Source: an uncultured Bdellovibrionales bacterium (GTDB taxonomy: Bacteria > Myxococcota > XYA12-FULL-58-9 > CAYXVF01). Taken from it: a stretch of DNA of 64,000 bases. Of this stretch, positions 40,845 through 51,549 are shown piece by piece. A program made the position numbers and the translations under genes. The stretch spans positions 2,468-66,467 of the forward strand of contig CAYXVF010000020.1 in assembly GCA_964468125.1 (NCBI GenBank), in the 5' to 3' direction. Below the pieces are notes generated by a model that ran no database searches, was not told the origin of the DNA, and was given only the letters and a program-made list of their open reading frames with translations. Every line of letters starts with the position of its first letter. The first letter of the stretch is position 1.

Positions 40845-42295
40845 CGGTAGTACTCGATCCCCACGTCATCGAAACCCGTGCCGTTCATGCCGCCCACCCG
40901 GTCAACGACGAACGCGTTCTTGATCACGTCAGCGACCTCGACGTCGATCCCGTCGTGAATCGCTTCGTACTGCTCCCGCGTGAGGTCGAGAGCCCCTTCG
41001 AGGCTCTCCGCGAACCGGATCCGGCGCGCAGCCTCCTCGAAACCCTCGACAACAGACACCGGGATCGCCTCGGCGGCATCCCCGCTGCCGTAACCCACGA
41101 GCAACCAGCTCCGTCCGGCGTTGCCCTGCTCTACCGCTTCTTCCAAGGCCGCGGCGAGCCATGCGGGAAGCGAAGCGGTGTAGAGGTTGCCGAGCTCCAT
41201 CATCGGGTCTGAGCCGAGGGCGAGCTTCTCATCCACGAGCTCACGATGACGCTCCTGCGAGCGGAAGGCGCGAAGCACGCGCATCGTGCACGGAAACGGA
41301 TCGTCATCGAGGCGCCCTTCCTTGGTCGCGGCGAACAAATCTCTCGGGCGGTCGAGCTCTGCGAGCACCGTGTCGAGCTCCACGTCCGCCACGGCGCACA
41401 GCTCGGCGAGCTCGGCTTTCTTCTCTTCGGTCCGCGACATTTCAACCAGCGTGCTCATCGCCCAGGCGGTGATCGGGATCTTCCGATAGGGCCGATGGAA
41501 GAACACCCGGTCGACGTTCGCGCTGAGTGTGTCGCGCTCGCTTTCGGGCAGCTTCGCGCGCATCGCGTCGAGTGCGGCCAAAACCTCATCGAGATAGCAG
41601 GCCGTTGAGTACTTGCCGTTGAACACCGGGAAGTCGTGCACGCGGTTCACGCTCGCCGTGTACTCGGGCTCCATGAACCGTTGAAACGGCTTGCGAAAAT
41701 CGGGTCCGCGATAGCGCGAAGCGCTGCCCGAATGACGCACGTCGATCGCGAGAAGTTTTGGATCCTCCTCCACGAGCATGGCGACCGCGCCTGCCCCCTG
41801 CGTGGGCTCCCCGGTGCTCCCGCGCTCGTATTCGGCGATGTCCGCGGCGACTACGATCGCTTTGCGGCCCGCGCCGTCGACGTGAAGATAACGCGCGGCT
41901 TGCTTCAGTCCGTACATGCCACCGAGGCAGGCGTGCTTGATCTCCGGGACCTCCATGTCACGGGCGAGAGGGGGCAGTCCTTTTTGCTGCAGACCCTCGT
42001 CGATCATTCCGCGAAGAATCACCGCCCCAGCGGCGTTGTCCGTGCTCGATTCGGTCCCGAGAATGAGCATGCCCACGGACGAGGGATCGATGTCGTAGCT
42101 TTCGATCAGCCGCAGCACCGCACTCGCAGCCATGGTGTAAAGGCTCTGCCCGGGGCCCTTGACGCGAAAGCTTCGGCCGACGACCGCCGAAACTTTGTCC
42201 CAATTTGAATCGGTCCATTCGCACCAATCGCGAAGGTTCACCCGGTGAGGCGGGACGTAGACCGAGAAGCCGCTGATGCCTACTGTTGCTGCCAT
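40832..42295 (-). CDS. mvaS: Hydroxymethylglutaryl-CoA synthase family protein
   Basis: GTES (Glu), KHACLGG (Cys), DIAEY...GEPTQGAGAVA, FHRPY (His), GNLYTAS and YGSG motifs. Confidence 0.85.
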   Translation of the reverse strand: MAATVGISGFSVYVPPHRVNLRDWCEWTDSNWDKVSAVVGRSFRVKGPGQSLYTMAASAVLRLIESYDIDPSSVGMLILGTESSTDNAAGAVILRGMIDEGLQQKGLPPLARDMEVPEIKHACLGGMYGLKQAARYLHVDGAGRKAIVVAADIAEYERGSTGEPTQGAGAVAMLVEEDPKLLAIDVRHSGSASRYRGPDFRKPFQRFMEPEYTASVNRVHDFPVFNGKYSTACYLDEVLAALDAMRAKLPESERDTLSANVDRVFFHRPYRKIPITAWAMSTLVEMSRTEEKKAELAELCAVADVELDTVLAELDRPRDLFAATKEGRLDDDPFPCTMRVLRAFRSQERHRELVDEKLALGSDPMMELGNLYTASLPAWLAAALEEAVEQGNAGRSWLLVGYGSGDAAEAIPVSVVEGFEEAARRIRFAESLEGALDLTREQYEAIHDGIDVEVADVIKNAFVVDRVGGMNGTGFDDVGIEYYRYVP

Positions 42296-42432
42296 GTGCG
42301 TGATTCTCCTGTGCGAGGCGCAAAAAAACGCTCGGATAATCGGCGCTCCTCCCCCCGGAGTCGGTCTAACATGTGGACCAATTGGCCGGAAGGGAAGGCC
42401 ACCCGATCTAGGTCAATCGGAAGTACTACTCA

Positions 42433-43176
42433 ATGCTGATTCGCCTTGAAACATTTCTGTTCGTCCTTGGGGCGCTGATGGCCTGTTCAGTGTCTGCGCC
42501 GCCCTGCCCTCAGGGCCAACGATTGGCTCAGAACGAACGTGAAGGCGCATTGATTCGCTACTGCGTCTCGCTCGAAGATGGCAAGGCCACCGGAGATTTC
42601 AGTTGCCGCCACGAAGACGGTCGCGCGGTAACGGGGACCTATGACCACAACCGCAAGGTCGGTGAATGGCGTTTTTTTCACCGAGGTGGCGAGCTGCTAC
42701 GGACGGAGCGCTGGGAGCGCGGAGAGCGAGTGCTGGCGACGCTCTTGGTCGAGGAGGAACGCCCTCCCCTGCGCTGCGGCAAACACGTGATCGTCGAAGC
42801 TCCTCCAGGATTTCCGGACATCGACGCAGGTTGGCAAGTCGCGGACGGTGAGTCGCGTCGCTATTTTCCAGACAGCGATGTGATCTGGATGCGCGGTCGC
42901 TATGAAAACGGCCTAAAAGACGGAGAGTGGCTCTACCAGAGACGCAGCGGCGAGCCCTTCATCACGGGTCACTACCGCGCCGGGCTTGCGCACGGACGTT
43001 GGAAGCGTCATCGATTGAATGGTACCGTCGATTCGGCTCGATACGACCGCGGTCGACTCTTGAAGGGTCTCGATCTCGCCGCTGCAGCTCCTAGCGTTCG
43101 GGGCCTGGTGAGCAAGGACCCGAGCGAGCTGACCCGCAACGAGGTACGCACAGCGCTCGAGGAGGCATTGCATTGA
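42433..43176 (+). CDS. Lipoprotein with MORN-variant/YwqK-like repeats
   Basis: Lipobox LMAC; repeats GTYDHNRKVGEW, GRYENGLKDGEW and GHYRAGLAHGRW. Confidence 0.7.
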   Translation: MLIRLETFLFVLGALMACSVSAPPCPQGQRLAQNEREGALIRYCVSLEDGKATGDFSCRHEDGRAVTGTYDHNRKVGEWRFFHRGGELLRTERWERGERVLATLLVEEERPPLRCGKHVIVEAPPGFPDIDAGWQVADGESRRYFPDSDVIWMRGRYENGLKDGEWLYQRRSGEPFITGHYRAGLAHGRWKRHRLNGTVDSARYDRGRLLKGLDLAAAAPSVRGLVSKDPSELTRNEVRTALEEALH

Positions 43177-44174
43177 ATCGCCGCACTCGAACACGCGTGC
43201 GCGAGGCCCTAGAGGCGCACCCCTATGTGCCTGCCCACGGTCTCGCGAGTCGCCACGCCCAAACGATCTACGCGCCCTTCTTTCGCCGACGCCCAGAGGT
43301 CGCCTTCGCGCGCGAGATCTGGAACACCCCCGACGACGATTTTCTGAGGGTCGCTCTGAGCGAGGGTCGACCCGATCGTCCCGTCGCGATCTTGATTCAT
43401 GGTTTGGAAGGCAGCGTCGAGGCCCCCTATGTTCCGGGGATCGCGCACCTACTGGAGTCGCGCGGATACACGGTTATCGCCTACGACCAGCGCGGTTGCG
43501 GTGGAGAACTGAACCGAGCGCGACGGCTCTATCATTGCGGTGTCACAGAAGACATCGAGCTCGTGGTGCGCAGAACGATCGAGCGCTTCCCCAACCGACC
43601 GGTGATGCTCGCCGGAGTTTCCTTGGGCGGCAATCAGCTAGGCAAGTGGCTCGCCACACACCAGGTCCCCGACGCGATCCGCGCGGCGGCGATCATATCC
43701 CCGCCCTTCGACCTCGTCACGAGCGGCGCGCACATGGATTCACGCATGTGGCTCTACGTTCGCCACTTTCTCAAGACACTGATTCCCAAAGCTCTGGAGA
43801 AGGAGCGCCAGTACCCCGGCTCCATGGACGCTCGTGCGGTGAAAGAGTCGAAGACCTTCGCCGAGTTCGATACTCACGCTACCGCGGCCCTGCACGGCTT
43901 CCGCGATTCCCACGACTACTATTCGTCGGTCGCCTGCGGCCAGTACTTGTCGGATGTTCGTGTGCCCACGCTCGTGCTCGCCGCCGAGGACGACCCGTTC
44001 AATCCGGGGGAGACGATTCCCCGCGACACGGTGAAACAAAACGATTCTCTCTTTGGACTCTTCCCGCGCCACGGCGGGCACGTGGGGTTCATCTACGGAA
44101 CGATGCATCAACCTCGCTTCTGGGCCGAGGAGCAGACCGCTCGCTTCTTCGAGATTCAGCGCGAGCTGGCATAG
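43173..44174 (+). CDS. YheT-family alpha/beta hydrolase
   Basis: HAQTI, HGLEGS, GVSLGG, DDPF and GGHVGF motifs. Confidence 0.92.
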   Translation: MNRRTRTRVREALEAHPYVPAHGLASRHAQTIYAPFFRRRPEVAFAREIWNTPDDDFLRVALSEGRPDRPVAILIHGLEGSVEAPYVPGIAHLLESRGYTVIAYDQRGCGGELNRARRLYHCGVTEDIELVVRRTIERFPNRPVMLAGVSLGGNQLGKWLATHQVPDAIRAAAIISPPFDLVTSGAHMDSRMWLYVRHFLKTLIPKALEKERQYPGSMDARAVKESKTFAEFDTHATAALHGFRDSHDYYSSVACGQYLSDVRVPTLVLAAEDDPFNPGETIPRDTVKQNDSLFGLFPRHGGHVGFIYGTMHQPRFWAEEQTARFFEIQRELA

Positions 44175-44216
44175 GGCACATCTCACACCCGCTATCGTCG
44201 TCAATTCAGCGCTCGC

Positions 44217-46490
44217 TCAAGGCTTCGGCTCCGGCCGTGGCATGCCCGCGATAGAGGCTTCAATGGCCGAGTTACTCTTCAGGAGCGCGGCCAACACCTC
44301 GTCCCGGTCCTTGAGACCGTCCGTGCTCGGTCGGCGATGATCCTGGTCGATGAACGGCCAGAGCGGCTCCCGCACACGTTCCGGCAAGACGCTCTCAAGA
44401 TACTCGAGGGCTGTCCCCCGCAGGTTTTGGTCGTCCGTATGTATGCCGCGAAAGGCAATTCGAAGCGGTGCAGACGGCAAGACCAGCGCCAGCAAGGTGA
44501 ACACGTGCTCGAGTCCACGTCCGGTGCGATCCGCGAGGTATTCATTCAGCCACTCAGTACCCAAGGTCTCTTCTTCGCCCTCCTCGTCCTCGTCCATGGA
44601 GTCCAAGAGCCGGTAGCTCTTCCAGACCCGCTCGTCCACGGCGACTTCCCGCACCACCGCCGTGCAGACGGCATCGCGGTCGAATTCAATTTCCGGATGG
44701 CGGTGATGAATGCGCGCCAGCGCGCGCCCACACTGGTAGCGGACCTCGAATCGTTTGTCGTGGAGGCCGGCCAGGAGTCCCGCGGCAACCCACTGCTCAC
44801 TGGACACGGACAGAACCCGCGGCACTCGCCGTCGAATGGTGAACTCCTGCTCGCCATCGAGAAGTGCGTCCAAGAGCGCTCCGGCGCATCGGGGCATCAG
44901 CTCGCGCAGCGCGCGCGTCACCAAACCGCTGACCTCGTCCCACGCCAAGAGCTGGATCAGTTGAGGGACGTGCACGAGCTCGAAGGGACCGGGGTCTGTC
45001 AACGCTTTGCTCACGCGCGCGAGGTCACCGCTTCTGAGCCCCACCAGACGGCGCACGGAGCCATCCTGAAGCTCGGGCTCCGTGATCGCCGACTGGTCTT
45101 CTATCCGACGCGCACTTTGCCGGAGCGCGCGCAGCTCTTCCCGGGCCCCCGCCACCCCGCTCCTGCTCGTGACCAATCGACCGAGGTCCACGGTAGCCAT
45201 CGTCTGCATCACCGCGCCGGTCCGAAGCACGTCGTCGCCCGGGTTGAGATCGAGATCGGCAGCGCGTTCGAGGAGTCGCTTCTCGAGCGAATCGACGTAG
45301 CCCCGATGGAGCAGCATCGAGAGGAAAACTGCGATGCCAGCGGCGACGCCCGCGAGGAGCACCAGTGCGCCGCTCGCTTCGGTCGGAGCGATGAAGATCA
45401 GGCCGCTGATGATGAGCCCCGCGGCCGCGTCACCCAGGCGATCAAAGCCGGCGTCGATGATCGTCTTCGCCGAGCGTTTGTCGCGCTCCGCCACGGGTGT
45501 GTAGAGCAGCTCGTAGCCCGTGCGAAACAAAGAGTTCCTGAACACCGCCTCGGCGGCGCGCGCAAAGGTCGCCGCTGCGAGCCCCGGGACGATCATCATC
45601 ACCCCGACGCCGGTCACCATCATCAGGGGCAACGATGAGACCGTGCGTGCAATCCCGAAGCGTTGGAGCACCGGATTCGCCAGGACGGATTGAATGGCGA
45701 AGGTAGCGAGGCCGAGGATGGTGTAGAAGGCAGCGAAAAACTGCATCAACGATTCGCCGTCACCAAAGCTCTGACTCGCCACATCTTTGAACACGTAGTC
45801 GAGGAATCCAGCCGCTACGGTGACTACGAGCAGCAGTAGCGCGATCTCCCGAAGATAGGCGTCGCGCGCGAGCACCTTGAAGCCATTCTCGCTCTCGCTC
45901 GGTTTCGCCTGACTCGGCGTGAGCGAGTCGCCGCCGATCGACCAGACCAGGATCCCTCCCAAGACCTGCAGTGCCGCAAAGATGGGCAGCATCGTCGCCA
46001 CTGTACTCAGGGCAGCGACCCGTTCGGCGAGCAGTCCGCCGATCACGCCGCCTGCGGTCGCTCCGATCGTGATCCGCGCGATCTTCGGCTTCGCCGTACG
46101 CGGATCAAATCTTTCGTTCACCACCGACCAGAGTCCGGAGATTAGAATGATCCCGAACACCGCGAAGTGAATGTACGCAGCCGCCGCAACCGCCCGGGGC
46201 TGCTCATCGATGTAGGACCACTCGAGCAGCGAGAGCCCCGCCGAGACGTAGAAAGCGATGGGCGTGACGGTCGAGGGACCAAAGAGACCGAAGAGTCGAC
46301 TCGTCGCGACGACGACGAGCACGGAGATCACCGACGAGATGATCACCATCGTCGGCAGGTCTGTGACTGGAAACGAGCTCAGGAACAACGCGTCGCGGGT
46401 GGCCTTGCCGGCCACCTGAGCAGCGATCGCCAGCATCGCCGCGGCGATCGCAGCATATGTTGCCCGCTCATTGCTCCGGCTGATCACCAC
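44217..46490 (-). CDS. Npt/TLC-like MFS transporter with C-terminal HEAT-like repeats
   Basis: RDALFLS, W..VNERFDPRTAK and YELLYTPV...KRSAKTIID...RLGD motifs; about 12 TM helices then helical repeats (RFEVRYQCGRAL, LRGTALEYLE). Confidence 0.8.
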   Translation of the reverse strand: MVISRSNERATYAAIAAAMLAIAAQVAGKATRDALFLSSFPVTDLPTMVIISSVISVLVVVATSRLFGLFGPSTVTPIAFYVSAGLSLLEWSYIDEQPRAVAAAAYIHFAVFGIILISGLWSVVNERFDPRTAKPKIARITIGATAGGVIGGLLAERVAALSTVATMLPIFAALQVLGGILVWSIGGDSLTPSQAKPSESENGFKVLARDAYLREIALLLLVVTVAAGFLDYVFKDVASQSFGDGESLMQFFAAFYTILGLATFAIQSVLANPVLQRFGIARTVSSLPLMMVTGVGVMMIVPGLAAATFARAAEAVFRNSLFRTGYELLYTPVAERDKRSAKTIIDAGFDRLGDAAAGLIISGLIFIAPTEASGALVLLAGVAAGIAVFLSMLLHRGYVDSLEKRLLERAADLDLNPGDDVLRTGAVMQTMATVDLGRLVTSRSGVAGAREELRALRQSARRIEDQSAITEPELQDGSVRRLVGLRSGDLARVSKALTDPGPFELVHVPQLIQLLAWDEVSGLVTRALRELMPRCAGALLDALLDGEQEFTIRRRVPRVLSVSSEQWVAAGLLAGLHDKRFEVRYQCGRALARIHHRHPEIEFDRDAVCTAVVREVAVDERVWKSYRLLDSMDEDEEGEEETLGTEWLNEYLADRTGRGLEHVFTLLALVLPSAPLRIAFRGIHTDDQNLRGTALEYLESVLPERVREPLWPFIDQDHRRPSTDGLKDRDEVLAALLKSNSAIEASIAGMPRPEPKP

Positions 46491-48362
46491 TCACGCCGTC
46501 GATTCCAGGCCACGGATCCACTCGGCGAACTGCTCACTGAGCCGGTCGTAGCCAGCACTCGACGTCGCGACCTCGTCGTTGCCGTGCATGATTCGGATGT
46601 TCGCGTGAAGGTCTACCTCGCCCTCAGGCTCAGGAATGCTCGAGAGGCGATCGATGCGATCAGCCGCCTCGGACAAAGCTTCTTCGACCGTGCGGTTCAC
46701 CGAGCGGGCGAGATGGGTGGCGCTCAGCTCCTCACCCGTGAGGTCGCGAACAAACTCTCTGAATGTCTTGGCGTTTCCACGCCTCCAATAGGCTTCTTCG
46801 AGCGTCGGACCGATCTTCGGATTGTCAACGAGGTGTCCGTCTCGGTCGAGGAAGAAGGCGCGGGTTTGATGTACCGCAACCTCCGCCAAGACGTAGCCGT
46901 GATAGTAGGCGCTCGACTCGCCGCTCAAGAGGTGGGGCACGCTCAGGACGGGCCGAGCGCTCCCTTCGTCGAGAAAGAGGAAGCGACGCTCCACCTCACG
47001 CACAGTCTCGAGGATCTTCTCGGGCGTTAGCTCCTCGTCCGACAGCTCGTAAATCGCCCGCTCCGCATAGGGTACGACCATCATCGCGCGCAGCTGCCAG
47101 GCTGCGGCGGGCTGACGCATTCGGATCGCCTTGTCGATCAGCTCGCGCGGGAGTGGCTCACCGCCCTCGCTCCGCGCATAGCGCGTCTGCCAGTCTGCGT
47201 CGTCGAGAAGCGAATCCAGGAACATGCTCTGGGTTTCCGCGAACGCCACTGAGGTGGGCGCAAACTCCTGGGCGAAGCAGGGCGCGGGCATGTCGATGTT
47301 CGCAAAGTGCGCCGCGTGTCCGCCTTCGTGCAGGAGTGTTTGTAGCGCACGGTGGCCCGAACCCACCTGCCCGGGGACCGCATTCGCCGTGAACTGTATG
47401 CGTGCGGGCTTGCGCTCACCCCGATCGCGCCAGCCGCAGACCGGGCCGTGCATGAAGCCGTTCTCGTACTTGCCCTTTCGGTCGACGAGATCGAGGACCA
47501 TTTCGGCCCCGTGGTAGCGAATCCCGAGCGCTGAAAAGGAGCGGGTCCAGACGTCGACGGCGCGGCTGAAAGGAAAGTAGGGCTCTTGCTCCGCCGTGAC
47601 GTCCCCGCTGATCAGATAGTTGATGTTCCAGGGTGCGACCGACGCACCGTGCTGATCGCGTAGCGCCTCGACGCTTTCCTCCGCGCGCGCGCGCGTGAGT
47701 GCGTCGAGCTCGTCGAGCACCTCGAAGATCTCCGCTTTGGACAAGCCTTCGACCCGTTTCACGGTCCAGTCATAGAAGTCCTCGCCCCCCATCATTCTCC
47801 CGAGCGCGTTTCGCCGCTTCACGACGTCGATGAAGCCGTGCTCGAGCACATGGTCTTCGATGCTCCGCAAGCCAAGCCACGCCGCTTTGCGCGTCTTCTC
47901 CTCTTTGCCGTTTCGAACCATCAAACCGAGACGAACCGAGCTTGCCGGATGAAACTCGCCGGCTACCGTGTAGCCCAGCTCCATCGTCGCGCGGGCGCGC
48001 GAGAGCTTGCCTTCCTCCTCGATGATTTCCTCTGCCAATGACTGGCCTTCTTCACTCGGTATGGAGTGGGCGTCGAGAGTCCGGGCCCACCCCCGAAGTG
48101 CGACGAGGTCGTCTTCGCCGACGGAAGGGTCGCCGGACTCCACCGCCGAGAGCGTCTCGTGCACCTGGCGGCGGCGCTCGACATCGCGAAGCCAGCGCTG
48201 AAGTGCGATTTCCGCCGCCTCAAACCGCTTTTGCGCGGCGGCGGGATCTCTAGTCAGTCCCATGTACGAGGACCAAAACGCATCCTCTTTCTTGGTGTGC
48301 AGCGCTTCGTATTCGTGATTGAGCTGGTCTACGAAGGCAGAGACATCGTTTCGCACGTTCAC
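46491..48362 (-). CDS. M3-like zinc metallopeptidase
   Basis: RKGKYENGF, HEGGH, AETQSM and SAYYHGY motifs. Confidence 0.85.
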   Translation of the reverse strand: MNVRNDVSAFVDQLNHEYEALHTKKEDAFWSSYMGLTRDPAAAQKRFEAAEIALQRWLRDVERRRQVHETLSAVESGDPSVGEDDLVALRGWARTLDAHSIPSEEGQSLAEEIIEEEGKLSRARATMELGYTVAGEFHPASSVRLGLMVRNGKEEKTRKAAWLGLRSIEDHVLEHGFIDVVKRRNALGRMMGGEDFYDWTVKRVEGLSKAEIFEVLDELDALTRARAEESVEALRDQHGASVAPWNINYLISGDVTAEQEPYFPFSRAVDVWTRSFSALGIRYHGAEMVLDLVDRKGKYENGFMHGPVCGWRDRGERKPARIQFTANAVPGQVGSGHRALQTLLHEGGHAAHFANIDMPAPCFAQEFAPTSVAFAETQSMFLDSLLDDADWQTRYARSEGGEPLPRELIDKAIRMRQPAAAWQLRAMMVVPYAERAIYELSDEELTPEKILETVREVERRFLFLDEGSARPVLSVPHLLSGESSAYYHGYVLAEVAVHQTRAFFLDRDGHLVDNPKIGPTLEEAYWRRGNAKTFREFVRDLTGEELSATHLARSVNRTVEEALSEAADRIDRLSSIPEPEGEVDLHANIRIMHGNDEVATSSAGYDRLSEQFAEWIRGLESTA

Positions 48363-48403
48363 TCCTTGACCGTCGCCGCCCCCAGGGGCTACCCGCGGCG
48401 TTC

Positions 48404-49729
48404 ATGGTGGCCCGAGAGGCGGAAGACCTGACGAACCGAACCGAGCTCCGGCGGCGATTCTTGAGGCTAACGGCCTTGAACGTAGCGAGCAACCTCACCG
48501 TGCCCGTAGCCTCCCTCGTGGATACGGCGATGCTCGGTCACCTAGACGAGGTCCGCTTTCTCGCCGGCGTCGCGCTCGCGTCGATCATCTTCGACTACCT
48601 CTTTTGGGCCTTCGGCTTTCTGCGGATGGGGACCACGGGCATGGTTGCCATGGCGCACGGGCGTGGGGAAGACGAAGAAGCGGCGCGCGTCTTCCTGCGC
48701 AGCCTCGCGGTGGGCCTGTGCATCGGGGTTCTCGCGCTGCTCCTCGCCCCAGTGATCCGGGAGGGAGCCTTCGCCCTGTTGGCTGGCTCCGAGGCGAGCG
48801 AAGCGGTGGGACGGGTCTACTTTGGAGCCAGAATCTGGGGCGCCCCCGCGGTCTTCGCAAACTTGGCGCTCGCAGGCTACTTCATTGGTGTCGGTCGCAG
48901 CGCGTCCGCCCTGGCGATGGCGTTCGCACAGAACCTCGGCAACGCGGCGCTCAACGTCTGGTTCATCTGGGGATTGGGCCTCGAAGCCTACGGGGCAGGG
49001 CTCGCGTCGATGACGAGCCAATATCTGGCGGTCCTCGTCGGTGCTGGCGCAATGGTGCGTACCCAGCCCGTTTGGCCGAGCACGCTTCGGGCGCTCTTCG
49101 AGCGTCGAGCCTTGCGCTCGCTGTTCGACCTAAATCGCGACATCTTCATCCGAACCCTCTCGATGCTGACCGTCTTCGCGGTATTCACCAACTTGAGCGC
49201 CTTGGGTGGTGAAGCAAGGCTCGCTGCCTTTGCGATTTTGATCCGCTTGCTCACCGCCGCCGCCTACGTCGTTGACGGCGCGGCCTTCGCCCTCGAATCT
49301 CTCATCGGCGGAGTATGGCACAGCCGCGACTACGACACGGTGCGCTGGCTCGTCCGCTACGCGATGCAACTCGGACTCTGGGTGGCTGCGTCGCTGGTCG
49401 CCATGTTGCTGCTGGGCGGCGAGAACGCCTATGCCGTACTCACGGAGCACGAGGAAGTCGTGACGATCGCTCGGCGATACGAGCTGTTCATGGTAGCGAC
49501 ACTGGCCTTCGGGGTCGTGGCATGGATCTACGACGGGGTTTTCATCGGTCTGACCTGGGGTGCGCGCCTGCGCCAGGCCGCGCTCTGGTCCGCGAGTGCG
49601 TTCACCCCCGGCGCGCTCTACGCCTGGTCCACGGGGTCCGCAACGGCGCTCTGGCTCGCGTTCCTCGCGTTCACCGGCGCCCGTGCGCTGACCCTCGCTC
49701 TCGCCTGGCGCGTTGCGCTCCGCGTCTGA
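48404..49729 (+). CDS. dinF: MATE family efflux transporter (DinF type)
   Basis: SNLTVP..SLVDTAMLGHL, FGFLRMGTTG, NRDIFIRT and YDGVFIG motifs. Confidence 0.88.
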   Translation: MVAREAEDLTNRTELRRRFLRLTALNVASNLTVPVASLVDTAMLGHLDEVRFLAGVALASIIFDYLFWAFGFLRMGTTGMVAMAHGRGEDEEAARVFLRSLAVGLCIGVLALLLAPVIREGAFALLAGSEASEAVGRVYFGARIWGAPAVFANLALAGYFIGVGRSASALAMAFAQNLGNAALNVWFIWGLGLEAYGAGLASMTSQYLAVLVGAGAMVRTQPVWPSTLRALFERRALRSLFDLNRDIFIRTLSMLTVFAVFTNLSALGGEARLAAFAILIRLLTAAAYVVDGAAFALESLIGGVWHSRDYDTVRWLVRYAMQLGLWVAASLVAMLLLGGENAYAVLTEHEEVVTIARRYELFMVATLAFGVVAWIYDGVFIGLTWGARLRQAALWSASAFTPGALYAWSTGSATALWLAFLAFTGARALTLALAWRVALRV

Positions 49730-49806
49730 TGCCTCGGCCCCGCGTCAATTTCCTCCTTCTGGTTGGGGGGTCGAGGTCTTATCTTCCGTCGAGGAGCAAT
49801 TGACCG

Positions 49807-50541
49807 ATGAATGTCCCCGAGCAACTCTTCGAGACCCCTATTTTCGCCATCCGTGACGAATGCCGCGCCGGCGACGTACGAACCTTCGTGCTCGAGCGCC
49901 CTGCGGGCTTTGAGTTCCAACCGGGACAGTACGTCTGGTTCTCCGTGTCCACCCGCGACGCCTATCCGATGGCAATCGCCTCCGGGATCGAAGACGAACG
50001 ACTCGAATTCTCCATCCGGAAAGGCTCCGGTACCGCCGCGCTCTTCGAGAAAGCAACGGGGGATCGGGTTACGATCTCTGCCCCTTCCGGCACGGCCTTC
50101 CCACTCGCCGAGATCGAACCGGGACAGCCGGTCGTTTTGGTGGCAGGGGGCACGGGGGTCACCCCGATTCGCGCGACCCTGCGTTCCTTGCCGCCGGAGC
50201 ATCCGATCCGAGTGGTCGTGGGTGCCCGGAGCGGCGCGGACCTCCTCTATGCAGATGAGCTCCTTGCGCGTCCTGGCGTGACTTTGACCGTCGAAGACGC
50301 AACTGATTGGCCAGGAGCGGTCGGACGGGTCACCGAGCACCTCGCGAATGTAGACTCGAATGCGATCGCGTTCGTATGCGGCCCAGACCCGATGATGCTC
50401 GCCGTAAGAGACGCCCTGCTCTCCGCGGGCGTCGCCGCTTCCCGCATCTACCTGAGCGTGCAAGCGTTGAACGCAGCGGGTGATGTGGTGGGGCCGGTGC
50501 TCTCCACAGACGACCCGGTCTTGGTCGAAACCCTCTCTTGA
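49807..50541 (+). CDS. Ferredoxin-NADP reductase-like FAD/NAD(P)-binding oxidoreductase
   Basis: FQPGQYV, VAGGTGVTP and FVCGPDPM motifs. Confidence 0.85.
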   Translation: MNVPEQLFETPIFAIRDECRAGDVRTFVLERPAGFEFQPGQYVWFSVSTRDAYPMAIASGIEDERLEFSIRKGSGTAALFEKATGDRVTISAPSGTAFPLAEIEPGQPVVLVAGGTGVTPIRATLRSLPPEHPIRVVVGARSGADLLYADELLARPGVTLTVEDATDWPGAVGRVTEHLANVDSNAIAFVCGPDPMMLAVRDALLSAGVAASRIYLSVQALNAAGDVVGPVLSTDDPVLVETLS

Positions 50542-50544
50542 GCT

Positions 50545-51507
50545 TCAATGGGCCTGCGGTCTGCGAGACAAGCGCTCGAGCCCCAAGACGCCCACGAACC
50601 CCACGATGAGTACGAGGAGCGCGACGACGAACATCGGCTCACGCCCGGTGAGCTCTAGGTACTCGAATGGCGAAACGTTCTCCTGGACGAGGGGCTTGGT
50701 GACGCCGTGCCGGTCCACGTAGGTCTCGAGGGTGTGTTTCCAGGGCCAGATCTTCGGCATCGAGCCGACGAGAAATCCCGTGATCGATGCGACCGTGACG
50801 TCGTGGTAGCGACGAAAGAGCCAGGAGAGAACGTGGGAGAAGGCGAGCAGGCCGATCCCGCATCCCGCGGCAAACGCGAAGAGTATGTCGAGCTCGAGCG
50901 CTTTCACGGCCGTCAGCACGTACTCGTATTTTCCCATCAGCACGAGGATGAATGAGCCCGAGATACCCGGAAGGATCATGGCCGAGATCGCGATCACGCC
51001 GGTGAGAAACACGAAAGGCACATTTTCGGGCGTCTGACTCGGTGTCGCGCTGACGATGAAGTAGGCGATTCCTGCGCCGAGCGCCGCGGCGGCGCCGACC
51101 ACGGGGGTCAGGACGCGGATCTGCTTCCAAACCACCCAGATCGCACCGATGAGGAGACCCACGAAGAACGCCCAAAGCAGCTCGCCATAGTTGTCCAAGG
51201 CGAAGAGCACGCCGCGGGAGAGGGTCAGGATGCTTGCGCCGATCCCGCAGATGAGGGCGAGCAAAAAGGTCCCGTTCACCGCGCTCCACGCCCCCCGGAG
51301 ATCCCACTTCAACACGCGCCGCAGACCGTCGCCGACGAAGGCGAGAATCGCGTTGAGGAGCTCCTCATAAATCCCGGTGATGAACGCGATCGTTCCGCCG
51401 CTCACCCCAGGAACGACATCCGCCGCGCCCATCGCGAGGCCCTTCAAAAAAACCAGGCCATAGCCGGAAAGCGTACGTGAGGCTTGCGCAGGGGAATGCT
51501 CTTTCAT
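50545..51507 (-). CDS. DUF368 protein (undecaprenyl-phosphate translocase family)
   Basis: MGAADVVPGVSGGTIA and AMILPGISGS repeats; KIWPW. Confidence 0.92.
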   Translation of the reverse strand: MKEHSPAQASRTLSGYGLVFLKGLAMGAADVVPGVSGGTIAFITGIYEELLNAILAFVGDGLRRVLKWDLRGAWSAVNGTFLLALICGIGASILTLSRGVLFALDNYGELLWAFFVGLLIGAIWVVWKQIRVLTPVVGAAAALGAGIAYFIVSATPSQTPENVPFVFLTGVIAISAMILPGISGSFILVLMGKYEYVLTAVKALELDILFAFAAGCGIGLLAFSHVLSWLFRRYHDVTVASITGFLVGSMPKIWPWKHTLETYVDRHGVTKPLVQENVSPFEYLELTGREPMFVVALLVLIVGFVGVLGLERLSRRPQAH

Positions 51508-51549
51508 GGCGCGTCTTTTGAGCAGACGAACGCGCGGCGCACAAGGGCG

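Noticed and set aside
38974-42295. Fasciclin and HMG-CoA synthase as a light/carotenoid regulon of HTH-PYP
   Set aside because: They lie 10-13 kb away, with no crt genes or shared operator seen
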